DNA of 63,561 nucleotides, counting the filler, from Deltaproteobacteria bacterium (GTDB taxonomy: Bacteria > JAUYMQ01), in assembly GCA_030698575.1 (NCBI GenBank). It is 10 parts of 10 records of this genome, joined end to end, with 100 filler letters (N's around TTAATTAATTAA, not from the genome) between each part and the next. Parts side by side here need not be neighbours in the genome. Positions count along the whole stretch, not along the records: positions 60,366 to 63,561 come from JAUYMQ010000161.1; 9 more parts are not named here. One strand, written 5' to 3'. Below are positions 61,621 to 63,561 of the stretch, piece after piece. The notes beneath the pieces are model-generated. The model had not been told where the DNA came from. It made no database searches and saw only the letters and a list, made by a program, of their open reading frames with translations. The first letter of the stretch is position 1. Each line of letters starts with the position of its first letter. A program made the position numbers and the translations under genes.

Positions 61621-62438
61621 GTGGCTGGAGCCTCGTTGCCGACACCTTCCAGCTTCCGTTCATGCGAACGGCCCTCCTCGCGGGCTGTGCCACCGGCGCG
61701 GCCTGCGCCGTAATCGGCGTATACGTGGTGCTGAACCGAATGGTCTTCCTCGGCGCGGCGCTGGCACAGCTCTCCGCCGCCGGCATTGCCTTCGGCTTCC
61801 TGCTCGGCATCCACGCGACGGCGCCCGCGATCATTTTCGCGGTTGGGGGGGTGGTTCTGCTCGCCTTCCGGCGGGGCGCGTCGCTGATCACCACCGACGC
61901 CCTTCTGGGCGTCGTTTTCGCCGTCGCCTGGGCGGCCAGCATCCTCATGGTCTCTCGGAGCGCGCAGGGGGCCGAGGAACTCAACCATATGCTCCAGGGG
62001 AATATCCTGACGGCCACGCACGGGGACGTGCGGCTCCTATCGGCGCTGCTCGCGGTGATAATCCTGCTGCACCTTCTCTTCGCGCGGCGCTTCGTATTCG
62101 TATCCTTCGACGCCGAGACCGCGCGCACGATCGGCCTGCGGACCGGGCTGTGGCGCTTCCTGCTCTACGCGAGCCTGGGGGTAACGATTGCCCTCACCAT
62201 TCACGTGGTGGGCATCCTCGTCGTCTTCGCGCTGCTTGTCCTCCCGCCCATTGGCGGCCTTCTTCTGGGTAGGCGGCTGCAGTCGGTGTTCGCCGTTTCG
62301 GTGCTGCTTGCCTTGGCGGGAGTCTTCGCCGGCTTGCTCCTGTCGTTCCACGCCGACCTTTCATCCGGAGCCGCGATCGTGGCCTGCCTGGGGGTGCTCG
62401 TTCTCCTCGCGCGCCTCGTCTCGCGGCGGCACACGTGA
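61617..62438 (+). CDS. Metal (Zn/Mn) ABC transporter permease, ZnuB-like
   Basis: FMRTALLA, GVYVV, GNIL, SFDAETA, VGILVV and SGAAIV. Confidence 0.9.
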   Translation: MSGWSLVADTFQLPFMRTALLAGCATGAACAVIGVYVVLNRMVFLGAALAQLSAAGIAFGFLLGIHATAPAIIFAVGGVVLLAFRRGASLITTDALLGVVFAVAWAASILMVSRSAQGAEELNHMLQGNILTATHGDVRLLSALLAVIILLHLLFARRFVFVSFDAETARTIGLRTGLWRFLLYASLGVTIALTIHVVGILVVFALLVLPPIGGLLLGRRLQSVFAVSVLLALAGVFAGLLLSFHADLSSGAAIVACLGVLVLLARLVSRRHT

Positions 62439-63561
62439 GCGCGCCGCCGGCGTCTCGCGCGTCCACGCGGTGGGTCATCCTGCTCGTGTTCCTGGCGGGC
62501 GCGCTCGTCTACGCCAACTCGCTCACGAACGGCTTCACATTTGACGACAAGGTCATCGTCGAAACCAATGAGAAGATCCGCAGCCTCGACCGCTTGCCGG
62601 AGATCTGGACGACCCCCTACTGGCCCAGCCACAGGTACATCCAGAATTACCGCCCCCTCACGCTTACAACCTACGCGCTCAACTACGCCGTTCACGGGGT
62701 AGCGCCCCTCGGCTATCACCTGGTGAACGTGCTGCTTCACGCGCTGGTGTCGGCCATGGTGGTGATCCTGGCGCTACGGCTGGGCGTGACGCTCGCAGGG
62801 GCTGCGCTGGCGGGACTCTTCTTCGCGCTCCACCCGATCCATACGGAGGTGGTCGCGGGCGTGGTCGGACGCGCGGAGTTGCTCGCTTCGCTCGCCTACA
62901 TCGGGGGGTTCCTGCTGTGGCTGCGCTACCGCGAGCATGGGCGCGTCCGCGATCTGGCCTGGCTGATCGCCGTCTTCGTGCTCGGCAACCTCTCGAAGGA
63001 GCACGTGGTGGTGCTGCCCGCCGTGATCCTGGGCGCCGAGCTGGCGCTGCACCGCTTTCGCGATCCGGAAGGCAACCGCCGCGTCGTCCGCGCCTTCCTG
63101 GCCTGCGCCGCGGCGGGGTTCCTCGTCTTCCTTCTCCGCAACTGGGCCACCGGCACGCCCTTCGCGGGCAACCTGCTGGCGCATCCCGTCACCGCAGGGA
63201 TGCTCTACGGCGAGCCCGCCCTGGTGCGCTTCCTGACCTTCCTGAAGGTGCTGCAGGAGATTGCGCGCCTGCTGCTCTTCCCCATCACGCTCTCGCCCGA
63301 CTACAACTACAACCAGATCCCCATACCTCGCGGCTTCGAGACGGCGGTGGCCGCGGGCGCGGTGGTGCTGGGGATCGGTGTGATCGTCGCAATCCGCGCC
63401 TGGTCGGTGCCGCGGCGCTTCGCCATGACCGCCTGGGCCGCGCTCACCTACTTCCCCATCTCGAACCTCCTGGTGCCCGTGCCGCTGCTGCTCGCCGAAC
63501 GCACGCTCTACATCCCGTCGATCGCGCTGGCGGTGCTGGCGGGCGACTGGCTGGCGGGGGG
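62435..63561 (+). CDS. TMTC-like GT-C membrane glycosyltransferase (putative protein O-mannosyltransferase), runs off the window; not in ORF track
   Basis: GTG at 62435 overlapping the permease stop; YANSL-x-NGFTFDD, YRPL, YHLVNVLLH, FALHPIHTEVV, GRAELL, LSKE, LSPDY and AERTLYIPS. Confidence 0.88.
   Translation, partial: MSAPPASRASTRWVILLVFLAGALVYANSLTNGFTFDDKVIVETNEKIRSLDRLPEIWTTPYWPSHRYIQNYRPLTLTTYALNYAVHGVAPLGYHLVNVLLHALVSAMVVILALRLGVTLAGAALAGLFFALHPIHTEVVAGVVGRAELLASLAYIGGFLLWLRYREHGRVRDLAWLIAVFVLGNLSKEHVVVLPAVILGAELALHRFRDPEGNRRVVRAFLACAAAGFLVFLLRNWATGTPFAGNLLAHPVTAGMLYGEPALVRFLTFLKVLQEIARLLLFPITLSPDYNYNQIPIPRGFETAVAAGAVVLGIGVIVAIRAWSVPRRFAMTAWAALTYFPISNLLVPVPLLLAERTLYIPSIALAVLAGDWLAG

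Overview
High-GC bacterial draft or bin sequence made of 10 contig pieces joined by artificial 100-nt spacers (N-run, TTAATTAATTAA, N-run), so gene adjacency across spacers is meaningless. An MglA-like GTPase, TIGR04073-like and DUF2378-like proteins and several sigma-54 promoters suggest a deltaproteobacteria/Myxococcota-like organism (inference). Ordinary content: yebC-ruvCAB followed by an intact IS1182-family element, plsX, a frameshifted cstA, two Flp pilins, an EF-G paralog, larE, egtB-aat-qor, trkAH, a Gld-like ABC exporter, dtd, phoBR-porin-pstS and a Zn/Mn ABC transporter. Less ordinary: (1) a deacetylase-like gene, FkbH and an ACP-GNAT fusion in a coupled operon (hypothesised N-glyceroylation system); (2) a decaying methyltransferase plus fused HgcAB-like corrinoid/ferredoxin locus with two in-frame stops; (3) a ~230-nt rod-like hairpin with G-U pairs upstream of a BtuF-like gene; (4) an orphan sigma-54 promoter followed by a two-hairpin candidate sRNA; (5) a catalytically degenerate MglA-like protein with an acidic tail; (6) a REP-like palindromic family at four loci. 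No rRNA, tRNA or CRISPR array was recognised. All family calls come from visual motif recognition, not database searches.
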